Assembly: GCF_028368995.1 (NCBI RefSeq)
Contig: NZ_JAQNDL010000001.1
Span: 2,272,001 to 2,336,000, forward strand
Direction of reading: 5' to 3'
Length of the DNA stretch: 64,000 nt
DNA from: Nannocystis bainbridge
Lineage (GTDB): Bacteria > Myxococcota_A > Polyangia > Nannocystales > Nannocystaceae
Below the pieces are notes generated by a model that saw only the letters and a program-made list of their open reading frames with translations, ran no database searches and had not been told where the DNA came from. The position numbers and the translations under genes are program-made. Every line of letters starts with the position of its first letter. The first letter of the stretch is position 1. Of this stretch, positions 31,283-41,471 are shown piece after piece.

Positions 31283-32021
31283 TGCCGCGACGTCATCGAG
31301 GCGACCGCCGATACAAGCGGCGACCCGAGGACCCAGCAGGGCCCGTCGCCGCGGCCCGGAGGCCTGATCGCCGACCGGGCGAGAAGCCCCACACTCCGAG
31401 CCCGAAGGCTGCCATGCCGGGAACCGTTCGTATCGCTCGCTCCTGACTGTGACACGAATCGTCGCGTCGTCCGGAGTTGGGCGCAGCGCTGCCCGGGCGA
31501 AGGCGGTTCTTTCCACGCCGCCCTTCGGCATCACAGTCTCGGACATGTGAATCGCCCTGGCCACGGCACCAGAGTATCGCCTCCCCCGCGGCGCGCCAGG
31601 TCCGACGATTCGTGCTTCCTCACCAAATATCGTTGGGTACACCCAATCGCAGCAGTTCATCCCCAATCACGCTTGCATGCATTAAATCGTGGCACTGCGG
31701 ATCCGCATCGATTAGCTTGTCGACATGGCTCGCGTTCGCGCCATTGTTGGAGTCACCCATGCTCGCGCCGATCCCCCCGTCGCCAGGCTTTCGCTCGCAC
31801 CTCGGCTCCGACTCTTCGGGGCACAGCCATCGCGCCGCTTTGTCAGCATGGCAATGACCTGTCTCTGAAGCCATGGCATCCCCAACTCCAGTGGGTCCCC
31901 CCCCGCCCGCGCTGCCCAACGCTACTTGGGTGCACTCCTGCAAACAGGCTCTCACGCCCTCTATGACCCTGTTTACGCTTGGCAAGCTCCGTGCAGAGGC
32001 CGCGGCCAACAGGAGCCCTGT

Positions 32022-33341
32022 ATGACCGAGACCTGTCCTGCCTCGACCTCCCCCGCCCGCGATCCCGTCGCCGCCATGAACTCCATCCCGGTGGTTCAGG
32101 ACATCTCCCCCCCCAACGCCGAGCGCGTCGTTCGCCAGGTCGCGCTCCGCGTCGTCGCAGGCCCCGAAGCAGGCCGTATCTTTACGTTCGATCACGAAAT
32201 CGCCGGCGGTCCGCTCCGTGGCGGACGAAGCGAGCTCTGCGACCTCGTGCTCCGCGATCCGCGGGTCAGCGACCTGCACTTTCAGCTCGCCGCGCAGCGC
32301 GGGGGGCTGATCGTCCGAGACCTCGACAGCGCCACCGGCATCCTCGTCGGCGACATTCGCGTGCGCGAGGCCTTGCTGACCCCCGGGGCATGCTTCTCTG
32401 TCGGGGGCACCCGCCTCGAGCTGGTCGCGCTCGAGCTCTGCGACGTGCCCCTGCCGCCATTTTGTCGCTTCGGCGACCTTGACGGCAGCAGCACGGCGAT
32501 GCGGCTGCTGTTCTACCGCCTGGCCGAGCTGATGGCGCGACCCGGGCGCTGTCACGGGCTGTTCTCCGGCGAGGCCGGGACAGGCAAGGCCCTCGCCGCT
32601 CGCAGCCTCCACCTCATGGGTCCCGATCGGGACGCACCCTTCGTCGTCGTCGATCTGCGCCGCCTCCCCCGCGATCAAATCGACACCGAGCTGTTCGGAA
32701 CACCGGCCCGTCGCGGGCGGCTGGCCGAGGCCGCCGGCGGCACGCTGCTCTTGCAAGCCGTCGACGAGCTCCCGCTGGCTTCCCAGGCCGCCCTCGATCG
32801 TGCCCTTATCGCCGCTCCCGTCCGGCTCCTCGCCACCGCCCGGCGCGACTTGCAGCGCCTTGCCGCTGCCGGCCTGTTCGACCGCGACCTACACGCGCGC
32901 CTCGGCGGCTTCCACGTCGTGCTCGCTCCCCTGCGCGAGCGGGGTCGGGATGTCGTGCTCCTGGCCGAGCGGCTCCTGCTTCGCCTCGGGGTCGACGGCC
33001 GGAGCCGCACGCTCACCGCCGAGGCCGTCGCAGCCATGCGCGAGTACTCGTGGCCAGGCAACGTGCGCGAGCTCGAGTTCGTGGTCGAGCGCGCCCGTCT
33101 GGCCACGGACGGCGCGGTGATCGAGCGCGCCGACCTCGGCCTCGGCCGCGACCTCGACCCGAACCTGGCCCGGGTGGCCGCGCTCATGCACAGCACTCAC
33201 CACGAGGCCGTCGCCGGCTTCGAGACGCTCTATTTCCGTCATCAACTGTGCGCCCACCGGACCAAGATCGCCGCGGCCAGGGCGGCAGGAATGACCGGCG
33301 AGGGGTTTCGCCTGGCGTGCCGCCGCGTCCGGGTGTTCTGA
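32022..33341 (+). CDS. FHA domain / NtrC-type AAA+ regulator, degenerate
   Basis: AGGAG before ATG 32022. FHA (VSDLHF, VRDLDSATG), Walker A GEAGTGK, YSWPGNVREL; GAFTGA loop missing and Walker B reads LLLQA. Confidence 0.8.
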   Translation: MTETCPASTSPARDPVAAMNSIPVVQDISPPNAERVVRQVALRVVAGPEAGRIFTFDHEIAGGPLRGGRSELCDLVLRDPRVSDLHFQLAAQRGGLIVRDLDSATGILVGDIRVREALLTPGACFSVGGTRLELVALELCDVPLPPFCRFGDLDGSSTAMRLLFYRLAELMARPGRCHGLFSGEAGTGKALAARSLHLMGPDRDAPFVVVDLRRLPRDQIDTELFGTPARRGRLAEAAGGTLLLQAVDELPLASQAALDRALIAAPVRLLATARRDLQRLAAAGLFDRDLHARLGGFHVVLAPLRERGRDVVLLAERLLLRLGVDGRSRTLTAEAVAAMREYSWPGNVRELEFVVERARLATDGAVIERADLGLGRDLDPNLARVAALMHSTHHEAVAGFETLYFRHQLCAHRTKIAAARAAGMTGEGFRLACRRVRVF

Positions 33342-33547
33342 GAGAGCCTGTCATGTCCGACGATTCGCCTCGCAAATCGACGCCGGCGGCCGACGCTCCA
33401 CCCGGACCTCCGCCACACGTGACGAGCGCGAAGGCGGCGCCGCCAGCCGCTGACCACGTCGGAGAGCTCTTACCTGCCGCGCCAGACAACACCAAGGTCC
33501 GCCACGCGCGGCCCTGGGCTCCTGCCCCGATCGGTCACGCGCGGACT

Positions 33548-34468
33548 TCAGGAGGTCTGCTTGGCCAGCGCCTGCGACAGCGCCACGGCCAAAGGCCGCG
33601 TCATCCGCTCGACGTGCGCGGCGCTGATCGGCGACTCGCCGAACGGGACGAACGGGTCGGCCAGCAGCCCCCGGTTGAGCTCGACGCACAGCACCTGACC
33701 CGGATAGGCCCGTGCGTAGTGATAACCCATGGTCGCGGGGTGGAGCTTGTACGTCACGTTCTCGCGCGCGTCGACGTTGATGGCAGCGAAGGCCGCCTGC
33801 ACCGCCCCGACCAGCTCCCGCGACGACCACAGCGTGCCCTCGCCGTCGGCGGTGATCAGGTCGACCGCCGGTCGCTCGGGCCAGGTCTCGTAGACCGCGG
33901 GCTCGTACGCGTGCCGCAGCGCCGTGACGATCTCGCCGTCGATGCGATCGATGCCGACGGACCGGGGCGCATACGAGTGCAGCTGCAGCGCCAGGCCGGC
34001 GGTCCCGCACAGCCGGCGATAGGCTCGCTCGGTGAGCGCGTGATAGCTGGCGTGCAGCTGCGACAGCAGCGCCTGGTCGGCCGGCTCCTCGATGTACGCC
34101 GCGACCGCCGGAGTCAGCCCGTCGATGACCGCGCCGCGCTGCGACCCCTCGAAGACGCGGTTGCAATCGATGAAGGTCCGCGGCACCAGGCAACGCAGGA
34201 CAAGCGTGCCGAAGCCCTCGGCCGCCAACGTCTCGCTCAGCCACTGCGCAGATTCGGGGGTGCCGATGTCAGTATTGACATAAAAGAATGCCTCGAGCCC
34301 GACGGGCAGCGTCCCCGTCAGCCGCACCCGCGCTGCCTCGTAATCGGCGGTCCGCGTGGCCCCGTGCGGCAGCTCGACGAGCAGCGTCGACGCGCCGGCC
34401 CGCGGCGGCGTATAGGTGACCTCGCAGACGCCCGGGACGGCGACGAAATCCTCGAATACGGTCGGCAT
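33548..34468 (-). CDS. N-formylglutamate amidohydrolase-like Zn-hydrolase
   Basis: ELPHG, NTDIG, RTFIDCNR, QLHSY, ENVTY, CVELNRGL. Confidence 0.7.
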   Translation of the reverse strand: MPTVFEDFVAVPGVCEVTYTPPRAGASTLLVELPHGATRTADYEAARVRLTGTLPVGLEAFFYVNTDIGTPESAQWLSETLAAEGFGTLVLRCLVPRTFIDCNRVFEGSQRGAVIDGLTPAVAAYIEEPADQALLSQLHASYHALTERAYRRLCGTAGLALQLHSYAPRSVGIDRIDGEIVTALRHAYEPAVYETWPERPAVDLITADGEGTLWSSRELVGAVQAAFAAINVDARENVTYKLHPATMGYHYARAYPGQVLCVELNRGLLADPFVPFGESPISAAHVERMTRPLAVALSQALAKQTS

Positions 34469-34525
34469 CGCGCAGCAGCTTGCCCATCCGCTCTCGAGCT
34501 GTCGACCGGCTCGGCTGATGCAGAC

Positions 34526-35629
34526 TCACGCCGGCGCCAGTTGACGCGTCAGCAGCGCCTCGATGCCCGCCCCCCGCACGAAGTCGCGGCACATCGTCTG
34601 CACCTCCCCGGCGCTGTAGCGGAACACGCCCCGCTCTGCGAGCTCGCGGATCCGTCGCCGCTCGCGCCACGAGATCTGGCCGTCGAGCAGGAATCCGATC
34701 ACGATCAGCAGCACCGCCGCGCGGCGCAGTCGCTCCGGCGCCACGGCCAGACGCGCCAGGTAATCCTCGAGCGTCCCGCGATCGGGCTCGACGGCGATCG
34801 CATAGTGCTCGACGAGCGCCTTCGTCAGCGCGAAGTGATTCTGATGGAAGTCTCGCTTGCTGACGGCGATGAACCTGAACGTATCGTAAAGGAGCGCCTT
34901 GTCCTCGGCGCTCGCGGCCAGATCGGCGGGCAGGCGCACGCAAAGGTGCTCGATCAGCTTCTGGCCCATGATGATCACCTTGGCCTCGTGCAGCACCGAA
35001 TGGGTGCTCCAGGCATTGATGGCCATGTAGATCGGCATGCCGGCGAAGTCGAGCACCTCGCGCACGGCGAAGCGCCCGAGCAATCGCTGGACCGCGTAAC
35101 GGAGGAGCTTGCTGCCGAGCCAGCCCTTGAGCCGCAGCAGCAGGTTGACGACGAACAGCAGCGTCGGATTGACGCCGAGGAACGGGTCGATGCCGTACTT
35201 CAGCAGGCCGCGGTGCTTGTTCTCGAGGCCGATGTCGAGGAGCGTGCCCGCGACCTCGGCCTTGTTATGCGGCCCGAGCAACCCCGTCGCCGCCGCGATC
35301 TCGTGCACGCCCCACAGGTTGAGCAGCACCAGCGCGTAGATCTCGATCACCATGAGCAGCAGGCCCCACAGCGTCTCGGCCCACGGAAAGGCGACCTCGC
35401 TGCCGAACAGCGACACCGTGACCGAAGGGAACAGCTCCGGAGCGCTGTACACCGGCATGAAGTACAGCAAAAAACCGACCACGCTCATGGCCGCCGCGCC
35501 CCCCACGGCCGCGCGATGCGTGCGCCGGACGGCCGCGAGCTCCGCGTCGCTGAGCAGGTGCAGCTGACCGTCGCTGGCGATCGTGCGCACGGGCAAGCGG
35601 TCGAAGAAACGGCGGAAAAGCGCGCTCAT
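34526..35629 (-). CDS. Hypothetical membrane protein (resembles LBF_2804 family)
   Basis: Several TM helices; GIDPF and LHEAK segments. Family name recalled from memory. Confidence 0.6.
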   Translation of the reverse strand: MSALFRRFFDRLPVRTIASDGQLHLLSDAELAAVRRTHRAAVGGAAAMSVVGFLLYFMPVYSAPELFPSVTVSLFGSEVAFPWAETLWGLLLMVIEIYALVLLNLWGVHEIAAATGLLGPHNKAEVAGTLLDIGLENKHRGLLKYGIDPFLGVNPTLLFVVNLLLRLKGWLGSKLLRYAVQRLLGRFAVREVLDFAGMPIYMAINAWSTHSVLHEAKVIIMGQKLIEHLCVRLPADLAASAEDKALLYDTFRFIAVSKRDFHQNHFALTKALVEHYAIAVEPDRGTLEDYLARLAVAPERLRRAAVLLIVIGFLLDGQISWRERRRIRELAERGVFRYSAGEVQTMCRDFVRGAGIEALLTRQLAPA

Positions 35630-35904
35630 GAGTTTCGCTCTCCACTATCACGGCGCGGCGACGGTTCGCTACGGCGTCACGATCGCGCGCGGCCGCAACC
35701 ACCGCGCATCCTGGCCCGCATCGCCCATCACCAGGCACGCGAGCCCCTCACGGGGGGTCGGCGCCGCACAGCCCCGAGACCCAGGCGGGGCTCCGACCAC
35801 CGCCCCCCGGCCTCGATCGCACCCGCCATCGATCATGAGCCCCCGACAAGGATCATGACATGACCCGAAGGACATGTCACCCGCAACGCCTCCGCACGGC
35901 CGCC

Positions 35905-36690
35905 TCACTCCGGACGACGGGCCGAGCTGTCCGCCAGCACCTGGGCGCACAGCACCAGCAGCGCCAGCGGAGCGCTCGCGGCCACGGTCGGCCACCACAC
36001 CCCGCGCGCCAGCTCGCTGCCGCTGCGCGCCAGCAGCTTCCCCCAGCTCGGCAGCTCCGGGGCGCTCGCCCCGAGGTAGGCCAGAAGCGCCTCGACCTTG
36101 ACCGCATGCGCGAACAGCACCACCAGCGCCGACAGCAGCACCGGCCGCAACGCGGGGACCACGTGCCAGCCGATCTGGTGCAGCGCGCCGGCGCCCATCG
36201 CCTCGGCCGCACGGTAGTAATCGGCGACGCGCAGCCGCTGACCCTCAGCCCGGGCGGCCCGGAACACCCCCGTCCACTGCGTCACGGCGATCGCCACCAC
36301 CACGGTCGCCACGCCGGGCCCGAGAGCCAGAGCCATCGCCAGCAGCGCGACCACGGGCGGCACCGCGGCGAACGCATCCGTGGCCCCCGACAGCAGGCGG
36401 TCGGTCCACCCCCCACGGAGCCCGGCCCAGGCCCCCAGCAGCCCGCCGACCGCCACTGCGCCCGCCGCCCCGCCGACGCCCGCGACCAGCGAGACGCGCG
36501 CTCCCTGCACCACCTGGGCGAACAGGTCGTAGCCGAGCGCGTCGGTCCCCAGCCATGCAGCTGTCCCCGGGGACATGTACGGCCGGCCCACCGGCACGTC
36601 CCACGCCTGCGCCCACAGCCCTGCGGCCGCCCCCGAGGCGAGCACGGCGAACCCACCGAGCCCGAGCAGCGCCAGGCGACCGCCGAGCAT
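35905..36690 (-). CDS. Peptide ABC transporter permease (OppC/DppC-like)
   Basis: WLGTDALGYD, GARVSL, EAA loop AAEAMGA, SWGKLL. Start 36690 or 36738. Confidence 0.88.
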   Translation of the reverse strand: MLGGRLALLGLGGFAVLASGAAAGLWAQAWDVPVGRPYMSPGTAAWLGTDALGYDLFAQVVQGARVSLVAGVGGAAGAVAVGGLLGAWAGLRGGWTDRLLSGATDAFAAVPPVVALLAMALALGPGVATVVVAIAVTQWTGVFRAARAEGQRLRVADYYRAAEAMGAGALHQIGWHVVPALRPVLLSALVVLFAHAVKVEALLAYLGASAPELPSWGKLLARSGSELARGVWWPTVAASAPLALLVLCAQVLADSSARRPE

Positions 36691-36864
36691 CAGCCTCACG
36701 CGCTGCCTCCGACTGAGACTACATGCGCGTTTCGACATGTCTCAAAGAACACATTGTCGCACCAGCCCGTGCCCGCCGCTGATGCACGGACAGGTTGTCC
36801 TTCGTGCCACGTCCTCGCGGAGGCCACGCTCATGCTCCGCTCCGCGAGCATCGCTCCGCCCCCA

Positions 36865-37827
36865 TCAGTTCACGTCCCTTCGGCGGACGCGCGGATCGAT
36901 CCACCAGACCACCGCGTCGCACAGCGCCTGGCCGGCGATCGTCACCGCCGCGGTCGCAACCGCGATCGCCTGCACCAGCGCCGCGTCGGCTTCGTGGATC
37001 GCCGCGACCAACAGCGCCCCGAGCCCGGGGATGTTGAAGAGCTCCTCGATCACCACGCTGCCGACCACCACGTGCGAGATTCGCTGGCCGATGCGGGCCA
37101 CGACCGGGCCGACCGCAGCGCGCAGCACATGTCCGGCGATCCGCCGCTCCGGCACCCCGCGCGCGCGCAGGCCGTCGAGGTGCGGGGCCGCCAGCTCGCG
37201 CTCGAACACCGCCCGGTAGTGGCGCACGTCGGGTCCCCACTGCAGCAGCGCCCACACCAGCGCGGGCAGCATCACATAGGCCAGCGGGCTCTTGTCGGCG
37301 CCCGCGAGCGGCCAGCCGAGCACCGGGAACCAGCCGAGGCGGTGGGCCAGCACGTGCTGCGCCAGCACCACCACGATCACGCTCGAGGTGCTGAGCACCG
37401 CCGTCGAGAGCCCGCTCAGCGCCCGGTCGACCGCGCGCCGCCGGGCCGCCGCCAGCCCGCCGTTCACCGCCGCTGCTGTCCCGAGCAGCCAGCCGGGCAG
37501 GGCGTAGGCGAGCGTCGGCCCCAGCGCCTGCAGCATCAGCGGCCCGGCCGGGGCGCCGCGCGCCTGGCTCGCCCCGAAGTCGAACGTGATGGCCCTTGCG
37601 ACATGTTCCAGGAGACGTGTCCCAAAGGACCGGTCGAGCCCCATCGCCACGCGCAGGGACTCGCGCGCCTCCGGGCTGGCGCCGCGACCGAGGCGCAGCG
37701 CGGCCGGGTCGGCCAGCCACTCGAAGGTCAGGAACACCAGCACCGCCACCAGCGCCAGCGAGGCGACCGCGACCACCAGGCGCCGCAGCACGGCCGGCCA
37801 GGGGATCGACGCGGGCCGGGCGGACAT
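36865..37827 (-). CDS. Peptide ABC transporter permease (OppB/DppB-like)
   Basis: DPAALRLG, GLDRSF, RARGVPE, VIEELFNIPGLG, IDPRVR. Confidence 0.9.
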   Translation of the reverse strand: MSARPASIPWPAVLRRLVVAVASLALVAVLVFLTFEWLADPAALRLGRGASPEARESLRVAMGLDRSFGTRLLEHVARAITFDFGASQARGAPAGPLMLQALGPTLAYALPGWLLGTAAAVNGGLAAARRRAVDRALSGLSTAVLSTSSVIVVVLAQHVLAHRLGWFPVLGWPLAGADKSPLAYVMLPALVWALLQWGPDVRHYRAVFERELAAPHLDGLRARGVPERRIAGHVLRAAVGPVVARIGQRISHVVVGSVVIEELFNIPGLGALLVAAIHEADAALVQAIAVATAAVTIAGQALCDAVVWWIDPRVRRRDVN

Positions 37828-37833
37828 GGCCTT

Positions 37834-38379
37834 TCAGACAGGTCGCAGCGGGAACCCGGCCTCGATGCGGTAGGCCGAGCCGTGGTGCGTCTTCGTGCTC
37901 GAGAACAGCAGCACGCGCTCGACCGGGAACAGCTCGGTGCGGACCAGCGCGTGCTCGGTCAGGTAGACCATCACGTCGTCGAGCTCGCAGTCGGCGACCC
38001 GGGCGATCGTCACGTGCGGGATGAACTTGCGCGGGTCGGGCGGCACCCCGGGGACCTTGCGCAAGCAGGCGTCGATCTTGTGGCGCAGGGCCAGCAGCGG
38101 CTCCGGATCGGCCAGCCCGGCCCACACCGAGGTCGGCTCCCCGCGGGGCGGGAACATGCCCATGCCCTTGAGGCCGAGCATGAACGACGGGCTGTCGAGC
38201 TCCTGCAGCGCGTCGACGATCTCGCGGTGGACCCGCCCGTCGACCTCGCCGATGAAGCGCAGCGTCAGATGAAACTTCTCGGCGCCCTCCCAGCGGGCTT
38301 CGGGCAGGCCGTAACACATCATTTCGAGGTGATCGTCGACCCCGGACGGCAGGTCGATCCCGATGAAGAGGCGCGGCAC
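37834..38379 (-). CDS. thpR: RNA 2',3'-cyclic phosphodiesterase (2H family)
   Basis: RLFIGI plus two HxT motifs, FHLTLRFIG and PHVTIAR. Confidence 0.92.
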   Translation of the reverse strand: MPRLFIGIDLPSGVDDHLEMMCYGLPEARWEGAEKFHLTLRFIGEVDGRVHREIVDALQELDSPSFMLGLKGMGMFPPRGEPTSVWAGLADPEPLLALRHKIDACLRKVPGVPPDPRKFIPHVTIARVADCELDDVMVYLTEHALVRTELFPVERVLLFSSTKTHHGSAYRIEAGFPLRPV

Positions 38380-38412
38380 CCGGCCACTATAACGCGAACC
38401 GCCCCGGCCCGC

Positions 38413-38982
38413 TCACGGCGCGTCCGGCGGCTCGTGGCTCGGGCGCCCGCGGGCCAGCTTGCGCTGCAGGCTGCGGCGGTGCATCCCCAGCCGCCGCGCC
38501 GCCTCCGACACGTTGCCGTTGCAGTCGGTCAGCACCTGCTGCAGGTGCTCCCACTCGAGCTCGTCGAGCGGCTTGGCCGCGTGCGGGCTCGGCGGCTCGA
38601 CGATGGTCGGCTCGACGCGCTCGAACGCCCGCAAGATCTCGTCGGGCTCGGCCGGCTTGGTCAGGTAGTAGGTCGCCCCCAGCTTGATCGCCTCGATCGC
38701 CGAGGCGATGCTGCCGAAGCCCGTCAACACCACGATCGCCATCGTCGGGTCGAGCCGGCGCAGCGCCGCCACCAGCTCGAGGCCGCCGCGGCCCGGCATG
38801 CGCAGGTCGACCACCGCGCGGTCCGGCGCCCACGCCTCCGCCTCGGCCATCGCGTCTTCGAAGTTGTGGGCCACGATCGACGCGCAGCCGCGGCGGCGCA
38901 GCGAGCCGGCCAGGGCGGCGCAGAACAGTTTGTCGTCGTCGACTACGAGCACCGTACTGTGGCTGTCCTCTGCCTCCGGCAT
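38413..38982 (-). CDS. regA: RegA/PrrA/ActR family response regulator
   Basis: VVDDD, DLRM, LTGFGSIASAIEAIKLGA, EWEHLQQVL..GNVSEAARRLGMHRRSLQRKL; GAGGAG before 38982. Confidence 0.9.
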   Translation of the reverse strand: MPEAEDSHSTVLVVDDDKLFCAALAGSLRRRGCASIVAHNFEDAMAEAEAWAPDRAVVDLRMPGRGGLELVAALRRLDPTMAIVVLTGFGSIASAIEAIKLGATYYLTKPAEPDEILRAFERVEPTIVEPPSPHAAKPLDELEWEHLQQVLTDCNGNVSEAARRLGMHRRSLQRKLARGRPSHEPPDAP

Positions 38983-39048
38983 CTCGCGCTCCTCTGCCGC
39001 AAGCATCCCGCGCCCGTGACGTCGCGGCAAGTCTGCGGCCGCGCGGCC

Positions 39049-40362
39049 TCAGCCGCCGCGACCGTCGGTCGCACCGTCGCGCAGGGCCTCGCGCAGCGGG
39101 AAGCGGACCGTCGTCGTGGTCCCGCGGCCGTGCTCCGACTCGAGCTCGATCGTGCCGCCGAGCTTGCGCAGGTGGGCCCGGGCCAAAAACAACCCCAGGC
39201 CCATGCCTTTGCCCTCCGGCTTGGTCGAGAAGAACGGATCGAACGCCGCCGTGACCGCCTCCGGCGCCATGCCCACCCCGTCGTCCCGCACCCGCAGCAG
39301 CGCCTGGTCCGCCACCACGTCGATCACCACCCGCACCCCCGTGCTGCCCGGCTTGGCGCGGCAGGCGTCGACCGCGTTGGTGCCGACCGCCCGCACGATC
39401 TGCAGCACCACGTCCTGGGGCTGCGTCGTCGTCGCCGCCGCCCCGTCCGGCGCCAGCTCGATCTTTACTTCGCCGCCGAGCGAGCGCAGCTCTTCGCCGA
39501 GCTCGGCCAGCGGCCACGCCTCGGCGGCGGCGGCCAGGCTGCCGACGCGCAGCTCGGGCGACGACATCTGCTGCAGGATGTGCTTGCAGCGGGCCAGCTC
39601 GTGCCGAATCGTCTGCATCGCCTCGCTCTGCTCGCGCGAGTCCATCACCGGCAGGTCGGTCACCAGCACGCCGATCGTCGCCAGCGGCGAGCCGAGCTCG
39701 TGGGCTGCCCCGGCGGCCAGAGTCCCGAGCGCGGCCAGCTGGCGGTCCTGCTGGGCCGTCAAGCGCAGCCGCTCGAGCTCGGCCCGCTGACGCGCCAGCG
39801 AGATGGCGATGCGGTGCACGAAGTAGATCACGAACGCCGCCGAAATGCCGAACGCCACCCACATGCCGCGGATGTGGCCGAGGAAGTGCTCCTCGTGGCC
39901 GGGCGGGCCGACCGGCGCCGGGCCGAGCACGAACAGGCTGGCGAACCCGAGCAGGCACGCGCCGCCGATCGCCCACGCCCACCCCGGCGACAGCTGGATC
40001 GCCAGCGTCATCGGCACGAAGTACATCGAAGTGAACGCGTTCGAGACCCCGCCGGACAGCGCCAGCAGGGCGGTCAACGCCGCCGCGTCGAGCAGCAGGT
40101 GGCTGCCCGCCAGCGACATCGTGGCCCGCCCGCGCGCGAGCACGCGGCGGGCCACGAACAGGTTGGCTCCCGCCATGAGCCCCACGACAATGCTGGTCCC
40201 GATCGGCTCCGGCTGCGGCGGGAACCACGACACGATCTGGCGGAACAACGTCGGCCGCACCAGCTGCAGCGTCCAGCCCAGCGCGATGAGGCCGAGCATC
40301 ACCCAGCGGGCCACCACGAACAGCCGCAGCGTGATCTGGACCGAGCTCGTGAGCCGTTGCAT
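39049..40362 (-). CDS. regB: RegB/PrrB family sensor histidine kinase
   Basis: TM domain with SGGVSNAF (GGxxNPF-like), H-box AAGAAHELGSPL, DDGVGM, GMGLGLFL. Confidence 0.88.
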   Translation of the reverse strand: MQRLTSSVQITLRLFVVARWVMLGLIALGWTLQLVRPTLFRQIVSWFPPQPEPIGTSIVVGLMAGANLFVARRVLARGRATMSLAGSHLLLDAAALTALLALSGGVSNAFTSMYFVPMTLAIQLSPGWAWAIGGACLLGFASLFVLGPAPVGPPGHEEHFLGHIRGMWVAFGISAAFVIYFVHRIAISLARQRAELERLRLTAQQDRQLAALGTLAAGAAHELGSPLATIGVLVTDLPVMDSREQSEAMQTIRHELARCKHILQQMSSPELRVGSLAAAAEAWPLAELGEELRSLGGEVKIELAPDGAAATTTQPQDVVLQIVRAVGTNAVDACRAKPGSTGVRVVIDVVADQALLRVRDDGVGMAPEAVTAAFDPFFSTKPEGKGMGLGLFLARAHLRKLGGTIELESEHGRGTTTTVRFPLREALRDGATDGRGG

Positions 40363-40449
40363 CGCGCGACCATGCCACAAAAGCCGCGCCGCGTTCGGCC
40401 GCGCGCCGGCTTGCGACCGCCGGTCGCGCGGGTGTGCTACCGTCGCGCC

Positions 40450-41427
40450 ATGCGTCGTGCCCTGGTCTGTCTTATGCTTTTGTCCGCCTGCCCCGAACCG
40501 GCCCCCGCGGAGGGCACGTGGGAGATCGTCGAAAAGGGCCTGCCCGGCGCCCTGATGAGCGTGTGGGGCAGCGGCGCCGACGACATTTGGATCGTCGGTG
40601 CCGACGCCGGCGACGGTCCGGCGGTCAAGCACTGGGACGGCGCCGCCTGGGCCGAGCTCGACGCCGGCAGCCCCGGGCACCTTTGGTGGGTCAGCGGCCG
40701 CGGCGACGGGATCTGGATGTCCGGCGACGGTGGGCGCGTGCTTCGATATGACCGCAAGGACATGTCCTTCGAGACATGGACAGCGCCCTCGCCCGAGCGG
40801 CTGTACGGGGTGTTCCCGCTGGCCGAGGACGACGTGTGGGCGTGCGGCAGCGACGAGCAGAACACCGCCGGCGTGATCTGGCGCTATGACGGCGCCGCCT
40901 GGGCCGCACCGGCGGGCCTCACGCCGGAGCTGATGGCCGGCTTCGCCTGCTTCAAGATCTGGGGCTCCGGTCCGGACGATCTATGGTTCGTCGGTTACGG
41001 CGGGGTCGTCCTGCGCTACCAGGGCGGGACCTGGAGCCGCATCGAGCTGCCTGCCGACAGACCGCTGTTCACCGTGCATGGCGCGGGCGACGAGGTCTTC
41101 GCCGTCGGCGGGGCGGTCTCGGGCTACGTCGTCGAGCTCGGGGACCAGAGCGCCCGCGACGTCACCCCGAAGGGCGAGGTCCCGCAGCTCGCGGGCGTCT
41201 ATTTGGGCGAAACCGCCACGGTCGCGGCCGGGCTCGAGGGGGCGATCTGGCAGCGCGGGGATGACGGTGTTTGGGCCGCCATCGAAGCTGCCCCGACCAC
41301 CCCGCTGGAGTACCATGCCGTCTACGCCGACCCCGAGGGCGGCATCTGGGCCGTGGGCGGCCGGATCTACACCGGCAACCTGAGCGACGGACTGCTCACC
41401 CATTACGGCCCCCCGCTCCCGCAGTGA
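40450..41427 (+). CDS. Beta-propeller lipoprotein (WGSG.DDIW repeats)
   Basis: Start MRRALVCLMLLSAC; repeated VWGSGADDIWIVG / HWDGAAW blades. Confidence 0.82.
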   Translation: MRRALVCLMLLSACPEPAPAEGTWEIVEKGLPGALMSVWGSGADDIWIVGADAGDGPAVKHWDGAAWAELDAGSPGHLWWVSGRGDGIWMSGDGGRVLRYDRKDMSFETWTAPSPERLYGVFPLAEDDVWACGSDEQNTAGVIWRYDGAAWAAPAGLTPELMAGFACFKIWGSGPDDLWFVGYGGVVLRYQGGTWSRIELPADRPLFTVHGAGDEVFAVGGAVSGYVVELGDQSARDVTPKGEVPQLAGVYLGETATVAAGLEGAIWQRGDDGVWAAIEAAPTTPLEYHAVYADPEGGIWAVGGRIYTGNLSDGLLTHYGPPLPQ

Positions 41428-41471
41428 ATGCTTACACCTGCCGCTTAAACCCCAACCATCGGTAGCTCAAG

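Noticed and set aside
15833-31666. 5277-aa minus-strand ORF
   Set aside because: Shadow frame of GC-rich genes. It overlaps panB, panC and crp in another frame and many clear plus-strand genes, and it has no domain motifs.
31477-31966. Short ORFs in the yjbQ-regulator gap
   Set aside because: Atypical composition, no RBS or motifs, and mutually overlapping frames.
35860-40449. N-terminal 1530 aa of ORF 35860..41427, and similar long extensions of ORFs 1687..4683, 2128..6024 and 5848..9147
   Set aside because: Stop-free antisense frames of real genes; only the C-terminal segments carry recognisable proteins.
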